The notes beneath the pieces were generated by a model. The model was not told where the DNA came from. It made no database searches and was given only the letters and a program-made list of their open reading frames with translations. Below are positions 1 to 12,381 of a stretch of 64,000 bases of DNA, piece after piece; positions within the stretch are counted from its first letter, which is position 1, and every line of letters begins with the position of its first letter. Origin of the DNA: Lingula anatina (taxonomy: Eukaryota; Animalia; Brachiopoda); assembly GCA_051362555.1 (NCBI GenBank), contig CM120648.1:4088587-4152586 (forward strand). Direction: 5' to 3'. A program made the translations under genes and the position numbers.

Positions 1-2
1 GC

Positions 3-356
3 AAGAGCCTTACCACAAGCCGGGCCGCTTTCCAGACCCCGAAAAAGGAGATAGTTAGCACCGTTTCTTTAGTAGGAGTATCGGTGTTGTTTTTTATCCT
101 CTGTGGGCCGCAGTGTGTGTGTATGATGTTGCAGTCATTTCTGAATTATGATTTGTTGAACGAGTTCTATGATGTTATCAGCATTTTTGATGCAGTGTCC
201 AGGATAAGTTTTCTGATCCACACTAGTATATGTTTGCCCATCATCCTGGTTTGTGGTTCTCAGTTCCGCCAGATGTTTAAAGAAAAAATCGGAGGATTTT
301 TCTCCGGTTTGGTTTTGTCTAATTCCACCAAGTCCACCACCAACACAACCAACTGA
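3..356 (+). CDS. 3' end of a rhodopsin-like (class A) GPCR: TM6, TM7 and C-tail; the start lies upstream of the window
   Basis: The frame is open from base 3 (KSLTTSRAAFQTPKKEIVSTVSLVGVSVLFFILCGPQ...). TM6-like 'FFILCGP', TM7-like 'LIHTSICLPIILVC' and helix-8-like 'SQFRQMF'; stop at 356. Confidence 0.65.
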   Translation, partial: KSLTTSRAAFQTPKKEIVSTVSLVGVSVLFFILCGPQCVCMMLQSFLNYDLLNEFYDVISIFDAVSRISFLIHTSICLPIILVCGSQFRQMFKEKIGGFFSGLVLSNSTKSTTNTTN

Positions 357-1430
357 TTTATCCCGCTGCCCTCTTCTCTCTTTTTTATTTTGTGTATGAT
401 AATTTAAGGATTTCGGCGCCTGAAAATGGTCGGCAAACTTTAAAAGTTGGATCTATTTGGAGATGTTTTAAATAATGTTGTTAAATTGTTCTGTCTTACC
501 ATTGTGAGCTACAATGTATGTGTCTGAAGTAGTTAGCTTATATGTATTTTGGTATATAATGATCTAAAGTAGTTATACTTATTTCAGCTTATGTGCAAAT
601 TTATGTAAAACTGTAGTTTAGAGAGCTTGTAAAATGTAACTGTACACATTTTAATGCTCAATAAATAATAATAATAATAATAATAATAAATTATTATTAT
701 TATAAAATCCCTGTTTTGATGTACATGTTATAGGACCTACCAAAGATACTGTTATTAATGGACTTCTTAAATTTTGTGGTAATATGTTTATTTATTTCTT
801 ATATGATTGCAATGAAGATGGTCGTTACGTGAGGTATTACTTTTTGTTTACAGGTACTCAAACGGTGCTGAACTCTGTGTCTGAATAATTTTTAAAAGTA
901 AATCATCCACATCAACACACAGAAAATAGCACTTAATCAATTGACACATCAAGCGTTACAAGATAGCGAGAAACTATTAAAATTCATAGATGAAAAAATA
1001 ATTGGATTAAAAAATCCCTTGGTTAGTTTTTTATTTTTTTCAAAAATGCTGTACTTTCATTGAACAAATTTTTAAATAATATACCAAAAAGGTACTGATA
1101 CAGGCACATAGAAACTGCCATAATAGCTTTTGTGATATTCAGCACAAACATGTTTGTTCAAACACATCAGAAAAACCTGTTCAAAGTCAACCACCGTCAA
1201 GAGAACTTCGTATGTTATTTCCTGGCCTTTCATGATTCTGTGAAGGCGGGTTAAATTCACATAAAAGCTAAACCAGGACATGAAGGATCGTGTCAAATTA
1301 CGCAGGTGGTTAAGTATCCCAGTAAAAGCAGTAACTACTTATGATCATTGCTGATATGTAGAAATATATATTTACACCCTATCCCAACACAGGGTTCTCC
1401 GGTCGTAGATACGTGAGTAGGTAGTAAACA

Positions 1431-1605
1431 CAGGCCCGTAGCCAGGGGGGGGGGGGGGGTTCGTGGGGTTCGAAAGAACCACCCTTTTTGCTGTGAAAAG
1501 GTCCACTCTGAGAAAAAATTGACCTATGTACTTGAGGATTTTATGGTAAAAGGTCCACTTTTCAGAAAACGAACCCCCCCTTTGAAATTGCTGGCTACAG
1601 GCCTG
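1431..1605. mobile_element. MITE family A (TIR CAGGCCYGTAGCCAG), 5-bp TSD AAACA
   Basis: caggcccgtagccag...ctggctacaggcctg flanked by aaaca on both sides; homologous copies at 8841, ~11218 and 12187. Confidence 0.85.
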
Positions 1606-3140
1606 AAACATGACATTTTTGCACCATTAAAAACAAGGCTGTTCTACCTATAATCTTTTCTGTGTGCAAATGAGTTTTTTTTTTTTTTATCTAGAATTGA
1701 TTATTTTTTCTTAACAAATATATTTTAGTTATTTACTGTATGTGCTTTTATGTGAGAATCCGTATGTTTTATCTAGAATACTCTTAATTTTTTTTGTCGT
1801 TAAGCTCTGTAATTTTTCATTTATCTATTCCTAATTATTGATTTCTTAAATAATTGTTTTATGTATATGTAGTCTTCTGAACATGTTATAATGGATTTAA
1901 GACTCAAAATAAATTTATTATTATTATTATCATTATTATTATTATTATTAAAATTGCCTTGCAATAAACAGATGCCGTAAATGTTCGTCAAACCGATATC
2001 GCTGAACGCCTGTGTGTATTAGTAATTTGGTGATTGATATTTCATAAAAGCCATTTAACACCTTTTATATGTATTTATGATTAAATATGCTCCGTGAATT
2101 AATGAATATGATCAAAAAATAAAACTTAAGCTTCTGGTACCTTACAGAATATCTATAATTATTAAAACAATGCTGAAAATACAACTACAAAATGACAAAG
2201 ATAATTAAAATCCAAGTAAAAAACACTAAAAACTCTTAAAATATGTTTTTAAGTTATGGTTTTATAGTCACTTTTTCCGCATGCCTAATAATTTGTTATA
2301 GCTACTTTAATATTGCTCTAAGATTTGGGGAGGGGGGGGGGGGGGGCACACCTAAAATGCAGTTACCAACCGCTATAAACATGTCATTTTGGACGTTGCT
2401 TGAATGACAAAATACTTTAAAAAATACTCAATTCTATTATCATTACAACTACACTGTCAAGTAGAAAAAAAAACTTTTCAAGAAATGCGGGTCTATGTCA
2501 ACGGAAACAGGTGTCTAAATGGATAATATGTAGCATTTAAAGCAATCATCTTTCACATATTTATACCCGCCCTGATCACGATGCGCCTCATTGTCAAACT
2601 GATGAAACGTCAACTACAGAACTGTGAGTACTGTAAAAATCTATTTTATTTTGAAATTCACAACGAAACTTCAATAGTTTTTTTACAGATAGGCTACTAG
2701 AAATATGCAAGAGTAAAAACAGCATAATAGAAATTATTTAAATGATTGGGATACTCACTATTTCCCGTGACTGCCCGTTTTAAAACAGTCCGTGGACAAT
2801 CTGTAAATTTGTAAAATATCTGTAAAATATCTGGGAATACGCCCCCGGTATTTTAGATATAAAGCGATCTGAAATTCATGCATATTTTAAATGATTGTTA
2901 TAAGTTGACATGACAACATACGTTCCAAGAGAGACAATCTGAATATGCCATCAAAATAGATTTCAAAGAAGTAACTGCATTACACACCAATTACTTACAT
3001 AGTAAGCGTTATAGAATGTTCAAAAGATTGGTTATGAATAAATGTATTCATCCATCCAACATTTGCAAGAAATAGGAATCCAACTGCACTGATATTTATT
3101 GCCGTTAGTGTTAGAGGCACGTGGAAAAAAAAATAGTAAG

Positions 3141-3322
3141 AGCGCATTCCGAACAGCAGACTAACAGATCCTCGGATCAAATATGGATGACCCCTTGAAT
3201 GCTTGTTGAGTAATCCCCGCGGAGAATCTCTTCAGTGTCTTATCGGGAATTAAGCGGCCAGCTTTTTAGTGGGTCGCCATATTTGATCCGCGGATCTGTT
3301 AGTCTGATGTTCTAAATGCGCT
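3141..3322. mobile_element. Palindromic MITE with ~55-bp imperfect terminal inverted repeats
   Basis: agcgcattccgaacagcagactaacagatcctcggatcaaatatgg...ccatatttgatccgcggatctgttagtctgatgttctaaatgcgct; a degenerate relative lies at ~55890-56010. Confidence 0.7.
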
Positions 3323-4043
3323 GTATATCAGATTTGACGGCAGAGACAAAAGGGCCAATCAACAGGGCTAAATAAATCAGGATGTGGGGAATTACATGCC
3401 AAGGACAGGCAAAATTTATTATACACCCAAGTGCTTATTGACGCCAGCAACTCGTGCAATTTATGTTGAATTGAGAGGATCTCTTTTCTCTGCTATCTAA
3501 TGCTAAGTAATATTATTTTAAGGCCTTTTTTCAATTGCTTAATTTCTTTTCTTTACATTGTTTTTTTTCATTTATTTATTGTCAATAAATTTTGCTAAAA
3601 AAACTTATCTACTGCCTATATACAAATAACGATAAAACCTTTAAATTGTATTTAAATAGCCAAGACAATAATTTTTCCGCTTATAGAACTCCACCGACTA
3701 CTACGCCATTTGTCCATTTGACTTCGTTTGCGTCTTGTTTTCATTATTTTACCTCGGACCATCCATCCAAATTACCTGACAGCCCAGCTTGCATAAAAAT
3801 GGATACTATTCATGTCGAGGCAAAGATTATCGTACAAATAGCAACAATGCATCTTAATTCAGCCATTTCATTCCCTTAATAGCACTTGACCTGACCAAAA
3901 ATGGGGACTTGTAATGCAAATTATGGGGAAATAACAAAATCAAAAAACTTGTTTGACATTCAGATGTGACGAGAGTGATATCGTTGTACTTTCAGTAATT
4001 TTTACTGCAGTTTAATTGCCATACCACTGATACACAGTGCGCC

Positions 4044-5099
4044 ATGTTGTCTACGATCTACGCAATTCTGGTTACCCTCTGCCTCCTTCTGGCATGTAGG
4101 CCTACCTCAGTGCGAGCGCAACGGCTAAAACGTCGGTCTCTCGATCCATCTTGCTCTCTCCAACTGGCCGATGACACCCTACCTAGCCGTAACCATGACG
4201 ATGTTGTGGCTGCGGCAGCTAAATGGGCCCCAATGGTGAATTTAGCCGATGGAGAAGAATGGCGTCCCTCAAGCGTTGACTTCTTCTTAAATGAAGTTAA
4301 CTTACGTGGAGGAACACCAACAGATGTAACGTCGGCAACGCTCCCCGTGTGTAACGACGACTGCTATCTAGAAACCAAAGTGGGACTGTCCTGTGCTTCG
4401 TGCAGAGATCCCCCGGTATTTCGTGGCCAAGACCCCGCAGTCGCCCCGGTGTATGCCATCTACGAGGAGACAAACAACACTGTGAGCATAACCTACTGGT
4501 TTTTCTACCCCTACAACCGTGGGAAAAGGGTCTGCATTGGTTACTATGTGGATGTGTGTTGTGGTGAGGTATGGGGACGTTGTTTGTGTGGTAGGATAAG
4601 CACCTGTATTGGCGGATACTCCACTTTTGGGCACCATGTTGGAGACTGGGAACGGGTCGTAATAACATTCAAGGATGACAAACTGTACTCGATATATCTC
4701 TATATCCATGGATCAGAAGCTACTGCACAGTTTGGCGGAGAATTCATTTGGGACGGGCAAAGCTTCAAACAAGGTTCACGCACCGTGTCGCTGACCGAAT
4801 GCAGCCACCCGGTGATTTACTCGGCGAAGGGTTCCCACGGTTCCTGGCCAGAACCCGGGGAGCACGTATACAAGGATATCATCATGGATAAGCTGGTCGA
4901 CTCTTGCAGCGACGGCCAGGATTGGCAAACCTGGACCAACCTGAAGGTTGTCAAGAACACCGGTGCTCCCTTCACTGGCGAGTTCAGCTTCCTGAACTTC
5001 AAAGGCCGCTGGGGAAATAGAGAGTCTGAATGCACACTTCGGACAATCGGGATCGATCAGTGCATCTTGAGTAACGGTCCCACGGGTCCACTGAATTAA
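4044..5099 (+). CDS. Secreted Vps62-domain protein, single exon, 351 aa
   Basis: Hydrophobic signal peptide, RLKRR furin-like site, and the Vps62-family motifs YWFFYPYN, HVGDWE, YSAKGSH, FKGRWG and C-terminal GPTGP. Confidence 0.8.
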   Translation: MLSTIYAILVTLCLLLACRPTSVRAQRLKRRSLDPSCSLQLADDTLPSRNHDDVVAAAAKWAPMVNLADGEEWRPSSVDFFLNEVNLRGGTPTDVTSATLPVCNDDCYLETKVGLSCASCRDPPVFRGQDPAVAPVYAIYEETNNTVSITYWFFYPYNRGKRVCIGYYVDVCCGEVWGRCLCGRISTCIGGYSTFGHHVGDWERVVITFKDDKLYSIYLYIHGSEATAQFGGEFIWDGQSFKQGSRTVSLTECSHPVIYSAKGSHGSWPEPGEHVYKDIIMDKLVDSCSDGQDWQTWTNLKVVKNTGAPFTGEFSFLNFKGRWGNRESECTLRTIGIDQCILSNGPTGPLN

Positions 5100-6129
5100 T
5101 AGAGCGGTTTGATGCATCGCTCTGTCTTCTCAATAGTCTCCTATATGCTTGTACTAATTAATGAACGGATTATTGAAATGTACAGGTATAATAAAAGGGG
5201 TTATTGAAATATATGGCGTAATTTTATTTTTCAATGAAGATCATAAAAGAGTTGAATTGATTTAGTTTTAAATATCATTGAATATCATATGCTTCAAAGA
5301 TACCATTAGTTGGCCTACACTTGCACCCCCCTCCTCTCTCTCTGAAGCTGCTAAACGATAGTTAAATTACCCCCTAACAGCTTTAGTAATTAAGTGTGCC
5401 AGACATTAGAGCGTCTGAAACTGAATGTAATTTAGCGAGAAACCCTTGAAGATGGGTCGATCCCGCTAGATCGTTCTAAGTATGGGAACTGGGTCATTGA
5501 ATGGAGCCTTTTTCCGCGATATTTTTACTCTCATAAATTTAATATTTTTTTTATACATAGTTAAAACTATGCTTTACCAAGAAACAGATCGGGATGTGTC
5601 AAAAATACTACGGTAACGTGCATATATGTTATAACCTCTATGTCAGGACTCGACACTAATTTTTACCTGTCCCGAACAGTCGTTATTGTCGAGCCCAACT
5701 AGCTGTATGTACAAATTAAGTTTTACTTTAAGATCAGATGAAGTGATAAAAAACTCGATTACTCGCTTAATTAATCCACATATAAAATCTGTCAGAATTA
5801 CACACCCAATGAGTTCAGTGGATTGGACGGGCTGTTTAACATTTGAACAATTTTGAGCTATTTCTGAATGACTGAGAATCCTCATCGTACCGATGGTGCA
5901 GATAAGGCACCAAGGAGAGCTCGCCAAATGTTGTCTATCTGCCGTCTCTGCTGCATAATCAGCCCTCCAATATTATCCCCACGCCCTTCCTTAGACGAGC
6001 TATTTCTATTTAGATCTAATTACACTGGACAGGCCTACCAATAATCTTCAACTGGATAAATAAACTTTAATCATCGTTAAAGTAAAATATATATTCATTA
6101 TATATTTATTCCCGACACTAACAGCATGA

Positions 6130-6200
6130 AACGTGTATTAGGTGAGATTGCTGATTGCGTGCAACATCGAATGAGATTTGTTGCCCATAGTAAATCCCAC
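6130..6200 (+). promoter_or_regulatory. Putative promoter element of ZNF gene 1, conserved with the region upstream of ZNF gene 3
   Basis: ttaggtgagattgctgattgcgtgcaacatcgaatgagatttgtt matches ~31468 ttaggtgagattactgatcttgtgcaatatcgattgataattgtt; both lie upstream of paralogous first coding exons. Confidence 0.5.
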
Positions 6201-7050
6201 TTATTTCCGGTCAGTAGGGCCAGTTGTGTACATTGCATTACTTGTTGGGCTTCGGAAGTTTTATTTAAGAAGAAATCGCATGATTTTTTCTGGGTTTGTG
6301 TACGTTAAAATTTTGAGATTTTTCAAAGTTGGTTTGCTGGTCTATGTTTGATTTTGTGGTTTGGATCACACTTTAGGCCCTTCTGCTTCACTAAAATTTC
6401 GGCTTGGTTTTCCCGCGTTTTGGTAGGTATATCACAATCCGCTAGGGGCGATACAGTAGTAACTATCCAGGGGCAGTGAAGCACTCAGTGAAGTGTTAAA
6501 CTGATTTCGGCCTGCTGACAGCACAGTGACGTGTACATGGTAATCTTCTTTACACGCGTAAGTTATCTTGATTCCTAAGTATTTTATACAATGACGTGAC
6601 ACTTAAAATATGTGTATAAATTAAAATATTGTTAAAATATGTGTATAATTTAAAATATTGTTTAAACATTTAAACTACTCTGAAGATGCTTAAATATTTC
6701 ATATAGCCAAAGTCAAGGACTATAAATTTGGCGACTATTAAATCGGGTGCATACATTTTAAAAACATTAAAACAATCTTACAGTACTATATTATTCCACC
6801 ATAAAGAAAAAATCTAAATGGGTTACAGTATTGAAAACATATGTTAAATCTCCTTAGGGATTCTAACCATTCAAGGTGACAGCCGATCGTGGTACAAATA
6901 GATATAAGATATATAGTATAGTGTAGTATAAACAATGTTTATTATACTTGGGTACTATTGCATACCATGTTGTAAATCAAGCGTTTCTTCATACTCACAC
7001 AAGGCCCCAAAGTTAGGCTTCTAGTATTGTGGAGAGTTGCAGCGAAAGTA

Positions 7051-8561
7051 ATGGATAAAAGAGCCACAAATGACCCAGAAAGCATGGAATATCTCACCGC
7101 AGGCAACATTCAGGTTAAGTCAGAAGCAGAAGTTTGTCAATCATGTCTTGATCATGATATAAAGAATATAAAGAAAGAAGAGGAAGACGACTGCTCCCAT
7201 GGAATTGACTTAGGTATGTTATGTGACTAGACTTGCTACAGAGACACGCACACATGCACATGCACAACACACGCACATACTTGTACTAGTACGCTTTTGT
7301 TAAACATATGGAAACAAGCTTTCTTCAGAGTTTTCATGTATGACCATATTTCTTCCGCACATTGTAATAATAAGCAGCTTGTTACGTCCACTCGCTGATA
7401 GGAACTCCAGTGCACTATTATTCCCCATTGGCAAAAATGTGATATGTACCCTGTAAAATGCAATCCTTAATGTTATGCTATAACCTTACTACAAATTACC
7501 AGGAGCCGAAAGTGACACTTGTTGAAATGTTGGTATTCATTCAAAAATAGCTCAAAATTGTTCAAATGTTGAACAGCCCATGCAACCCACTGAATTCATT
7601 CCATGCGGCGCGCGTGTGTAATTCTGACAGATTTATATGTGGATTAGCGAGTAGGCCTGGTGGGTAACAGTGTGTAATTCTGACAGATTCATATGTGGAT
7701 TAGCGAGTAGGCCTGGTGGGTAACAGTGTGTAATTCTGACAGATTCATATGTGGATTAGCGAGTAGGCCTGGTGGGTAACAGTGTGTAATTCTGACAGAT
7801 TTATATGTGGATTAGCGAGTAGGCCTGGTGGGTAACAGTGTGTAATTCTGACAGATTTATATGTGGATTAGCGAGTACATGTAGGCCTGGTGGGTAACAG
7901 TGCACGAAACTGTTGGTGCTGGGAAGTAATAATGCGGGGGCTTGATAATAGAAATTTATCATAATCTTGCTTGCGGTCCTAGAGTAATGATTGGGGGGGG
8001 GGGGGGGGAGATAATGAGCACTATGGGCCCATAGTGAAGTGGGGGACGGTAAGAGATGATTTCTAATAGTTTTATTACAGCCAAGGGAGGCATGCTCTTA
8101 ATGAAGCCTGCAATATGCAGGGCTGATCCAGTTTGTAAAGAAGTAGTTTTCCTAGTAGGTTTAAGAAGGAGGGGAAGTCCAGTTTAATGGGAGAATTTCA
8201 TTCCATGTTGTTTATTCTAAAGTTGGTGTATGTTCTTAATGATACATAATGGCAGAGAGAAAATTTCTTCATTTTTCATATTCTACCTTTTAAAAAAATT
8301 ACATATGAAGTCAGTTAAATTTTCTGTATTTATAACACATATAAATCAGAATAAACTGTTCCATATCAATTCAGGTTTTCAGCCACAGATTAAAAGGGAG
8401 ATAGAAGGAACACCATACATGGAAGAGATCAGGTCCTTTAAACAATTTCAGGAATTAGGGGTGGAGATCAAAATTGGCCAGCAATTACCAAGATGGAATG
8501 CTTTGAAAGATCAACTACAGTTGAATACACATGAAAAGTTGGCAGAATTCTTGATGGATTT
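7051..8561 (+). CDS. ZNF gene 1, shared 5' coding exons 7051-7213 (ends phase 1) and 8375-8561 (ends phase 2); the second exon encodes the conserved N-terminal module
   Basis: ATG at 7051 (MDKRATND...); donor g|gtatgt; acceptor ttcag|gt; exon encodes IKIGQQLPRWNALKDQLQLNTHEKLAEFLMD; donor tt|gtaagt; phases are compatible. Confidence 0.75.
7614..7902. repeat. Minisatellite, 56-bp unit, ~5 copies
   Basis: Unit gtgtgtaattctgacagattYatatgtggattagcgagtaggcctggtgggtaaca starts at 7614, 7670, 7726, 7782 and 7838. Confidence 0.95.
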
Positions 8562-8840
8562 GTAAGTATTAATACAAAGATTTATGTAAGATCTTATTGG
8601 TTAAATTTGGAAATTTGTGAATGGAAACAGAGTTATTTTAACCTTGTTTCCTTGTGGTTTGATTGATAAATCACATAACAATAAGCAAAAAAAAAAATAA
8701 TAATAATAATCTCACACTAGACTTGACTGATACTGTAGCAGCGATCTAATGGAAAGCTTGATACCACCTATCTTCAGTGGGGATATGAATGTGAGTGACT
8801 CAAGGAATGGTTATTTGACTGACTAGTTCAGATATAGCTA

Positions 8841-9012
8841 CAGGCCTGTAGCCAGCAATTTCAAAAGGGGGTTCTTTTTCTGAAAATGTGTGCCTTTTTC
8901 CATAAAAAACTTCACGTACCTAGATCAAATTTTACCCAGAGTTGACCTTTTCCCAGCAAAAGGGGCGGTTCTTTCAAACCCCCCCCCCCAAACCCCCCTG
9001 CCTACAGGCCTG
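8841..9012. mobile_element. MITE family A, 5-bp TSD AGCTA
   Basis: caggcctgtagccag...cctacaggcctg flanked by agcta on both sides. Confidence 0.85.
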
Positions 9013-9105
9013 AGCTAGGTATCTTCCTGAAGGCTCTGTCCAAGTAAAGATATTTCACCTCCTTTCTCTCATATTTTTATCACTATCAGACATTTTTATT
9101 TTCAG

Positions 9106-9706
9106 CTATTTTAAGCATACAAGTGAGACGGTTTCTCCTCAGTCATCTGAGATTGTTGACCCACCACCAGATAATGGAATCATAAAGAATGAAGACTACG
9201 TACTAGTAAGGTAGGCAAAAATTGGAAATGTTTTTTCTTCACTGAAGTTTATTTTAAGGCTCTGTCCCAGATATCAAAGATACTTTATATTACTTTTCCT
9301 TTTCTTTTATTAATTTTCCTTATATTTTATCCTTTTCTTTTGTCAGACTATTTTTATTATAAATTCTAGCAATTATAAGCATACAAGTGAGACCCTATCT
9401 CCTCAATCATCTGAGATTGTTGTCCCGCCACCTGATAGCAAAATCACAAAGAATGAAGACTCTGTAAGGTAGGCCGAAATTGGAAAGGTTTTTTTTCACT
9501 GAAGTTTAATTTTAGGCTCTGTCCCAGATATCATACATACTTTATCTTACTTTTCATTTATTAATTTTCCTTATATTTTATCAGACCATTTTTATTATTA
9601 TTTCTAGCTATTCTAAACATGCAAGTGAGACACTATTTCCTCAATCATCTGAGATTGTTGACGCACCACCAGATAGTGGAGTCGCAGAGAATGAAGACTC
9701 CGTAAG
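9106..9706 (+). CDS. ZNF gene 1: three tandem paralogous cassette exons, 9106-9210 (105 nt), 9370-9468 (99 nt) and 9608-9706 (99 nt), all phase 2-2
   Basis: Each has a YAG acceptor and an ag|gtaggc donor and is stop-free: YFKHTSETVSPQSSEIVDPPPDNGIIKNEDYVLV, NYKHTSETLSPQSSEIVVPPPDSKITKNEDSV, YSKHASETLFPQSSEIVDAPPDSGVAENEDSV. Confidence 0.75.
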
Positions 9707-9784
9707 GTAGGCAAAAATTGGAAATGTTTTTTTTATTTTTCACTGAAGTTTATGTTTAACTACGAAGAATAGAATCTAACAGTA

Positions 9785-9998
9785 AGACCCCATTTCCAGA
9801 GATTAGTTCGATCTACTTTAGATTGGCCTAACTCCATGGGGGTTCATGCTAAATTGCAGTCAGGCAAGCGGGCACCATAGTTAATTACCCCCTTACAGCT
9901 TTTAGTAGGCGGGACAGACGCTTAAGCCAAGCTGACAGCAATCTAGTGAGACTCCCCACAGGGATAGATCGATCTAAAAATCTATGGAAATGGGGTGT
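9785..9998. mobile_element. MITE family B (TIR AGACCCCATTYCC...); related full or partial copies at ~5340-5495, 14337-14545, 19022-19250, 21482-21710, 22963-23190, 46907-46980 and 60695-60820
   Basis: agaccccatttccagagattagttcgatc...gatcgatctaaaaatctatggaaatggggtgt; the internal 'ttaattacccc...cagct' core is shared by the other copies. Superfamily uncertain. Confidence 0.7.
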
Positions 9999-10681
9999 TA
10001 AACATGTAGCCAGTGACTGCACTTGAAAAGCTTATCTCCAATCACTGATTTCAGTAAATGGTATACGCTGTTCAAGTCAAATTTGTTGAATTGTAGAAAT
10101 TGAAGTAAAATAGAAGTATAGAACTTCAATGACCAGTAATTTTCCCTGGCACTGTCTTACTTTTCTACAATGAAAATGAAGAAATACTAATTATTTTAAA
10201 CAGCAAAATAATTTCACCCCTACTATGATTAAAATGTAGTGATATTAAAAAGAAAATAATGGATAAGGGGGGATGGAAACAGAACTAAAAGCGGTTTTGC
10301 AAGACCCCATGCACAGTGACCTTTAGCTGTTCACAGACTAACACAGAATTTCATGCAATATGATGTCACAGACAATTTTGTTGTTCAAGTAATGTGACAC
10401 ATTTATCTTACTAATAGCATTCTTATTCTACTAGGGACATTTTTGGATAATTATATTATTGTTTGTCATTTACTCAGATCATTAATATAGGTTTGCATGT
10501 GATTTTGTGTGTGATGTTGCATTAGTGTATAAATGTCAATAAAACATTTTTTTCATAAATTCAGCTTTGATGTTGTTCTTTTAAAAATTAACTTTTATCA
10601 TCTTTCCTGAAAGCAAAAGAGTCGTACCACTCCCATACAGTGAAAAAAAAGCTGCACATAAATCTGTTAAGGCCTGTAAAG

Positions 10682-11170
10682 TGTTGTGTATAAGTAGGTC
10701 AGCTTATGACGTCACCATATCGCGAGAGCATGAGTATCTCGAGAGCATTAGTTGAGACAGACGCTGGGAGTATGAACGGATAGGAGACTGAGTTTTGTTT
10801 TGGGACTTTTGAAGGAGAGTATTTTTTTTTTTTTTTTGGAACCTATTTACCACTGAACCGACACTTATATTTTCTACTGGAACTTGCATCGTAATAACTG
10901 TGGGATTTCATCGGACACTTTCACTGAACTTTGAGCCGATTTATCTCCATTCAATCTCCAGTCGACAGATTCACATCGGACTTTCACACAGGACACTTCA
11001 TGCTTTCAGATAGGTTTATTTGTGTATTAAGAATAGCTTATTGTTATTGTCATTAGTTTATTTAGTTTTAATAAAATATTAGAACTTCTTTAAATCTTTT
11101 GTCATTGATTTTTGCTGGCATTGGGTACTCTGACCTGTAACAGGCCATAGAGATAATTAAGGTAGCTACA
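10682..11170 (+). mobile_element. Solo LTR (TG...CA, 489 bp, 4-bp TSD AAAG), Gypsy-like
   Basis: aaag|tgttgtgtataag...ggtagctaca|aaag, with an internal aataaa ~100 bp from the 3' end. Confidence 0.6.
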
Positions 11171-11217
11171 AAAGTCCTTTCAAAATGTAAGAGCCGTTTT
11201 TAAAGAAGCAAGAAAGA

Positions 11218-11381
11218 GCCAGGGGGGGGGGGGGGTTTCAGGGGTTTCAAAAAGACTGCCCCTTTTGCTGGGAAAAGGTCCACTCAGGGTAAAATTTGAT
11301 CTAGGTACATAAAGGTTTTATGGGAAAAGGTTCACTTTTTCAGAAAAAATTTGCATTTTTGAAATTGCTGGCTCAGGCCTG
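11218..11381. mobile_element. MITE family A, one end truncated
   Basis: Internal sequence matches 1431-1605; ends ctggctcaggcctg. Confidence 0.75.
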
Positions 11382-12186
11382 AAAAGATATGCATATCATT
11401 TGGCAAAGTTACTGAAGACATTTTCTTAAACCACTAACAAATTTCTGGTCATGTAGCCTTTTGAAATGTGGCCATTGCTGCACAGTACGTCCTCTGGACA
11501 AATTTTGCTTTGCAAGCGCCATTTGTCTCTTATCTTGTCAGTGGCATGTACAGATTCTCTCAATATTTCTTTTATATTGAGAAAAAAGTGCAAGTCTGAC
11601 TCAAAAATTCAGTTAATTCAGCTATTTTCCAAGTGGAGAAATTGCTACCCTACTCTCTTGTGGTCCCCATATTCTAATACCAATTCAAGGTGGATCTTGT
11701 AAAATTATGCAAAATTTTGGATACCATGACAAGATTTTCTCTTTTGGCATCCATTGTTCTAGCCCTTACATCTGCAAAACTAGAAAAGATATATCCTTAG
11801 CTTCTTTTGAAATTGAATAGGAAATCAGTTGGGACTATTAATGTGATCTTGAACATGGCTTTTGACTTTTCACCAGGTAATGCACTTTCCCAATTCCCTA
11901 TTCCTTATGTGTCCAAATTATAAGAACTTGAATGCAGAAAATCCTGCTGGTGGTACAAAACCTGGTAGTAGTATTGCTGTTCTGATCCTTTTATTCTTAC
12001 CGAGTGAAGACATCTCTTAACACAATATTAAAAAACAAGATATAAACCATATCACCCACTATACTTTGTGTTGACTAGTGCTTGGTAACTATCAACTTTT
12101 GACTGCGTAAATGGCCAATTAGTCTACAGGTGTGATGTGCCTGATATTGTCTTTTGGTAAACTCTTGTCTTCCAGTCTGTTTAAAG

Positions 12187-12330
12187 CAGGCCCGTAGCCA
12201 GCAATTTCAAAAGGGGGGTTCATTTTCTGAAAAAGTGGACCTTTTCCACAAAAACATCATGTACCCAGATCAAATTTTACCCTGAGTGGACCTTTTCCCA
12301 GCAAAAGGGGCGGTCTTTTTGAACCCACTG

Positions 12331-12365
<35 letters not shown>

Positions 12366-12381
12366 CCCGGCTACTGGCCTG
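12187..12381. mobile_element. MITE family A
   Basis: caggcccgtagccag...ggctactggcctg; TSD not clear. Confidence 0.8.

Noticed and set aside
4297-5117. Antisense ORFs over the Vps62-like gene, and similar shadow ORFs over the ZNF and GPCR exons
   Set aside because: By-products of the sense-strand coding sequence; no recognisable domains.
6868-6892. Motif tcaaggtgacagc.ga.cgtg shared with ~30420
   Set aside because: Too short, and the orientation does not match the gene paralogy, so no role can be assigned.
7614-7902. CRISPR-like regular repeat
   Set aside because: The units are contiguous and near-identical with no unique spacers, there are no cas genes, and the context is eukaryotic; it is a minisatellite.
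12332-12364. Long poly-C/poly-G runs (also ~2330, 40155, 61572) as G-quadruplex regulators
   Set aside because: Simple homopolymers, often inside MITEs and prone to sequencing length error.
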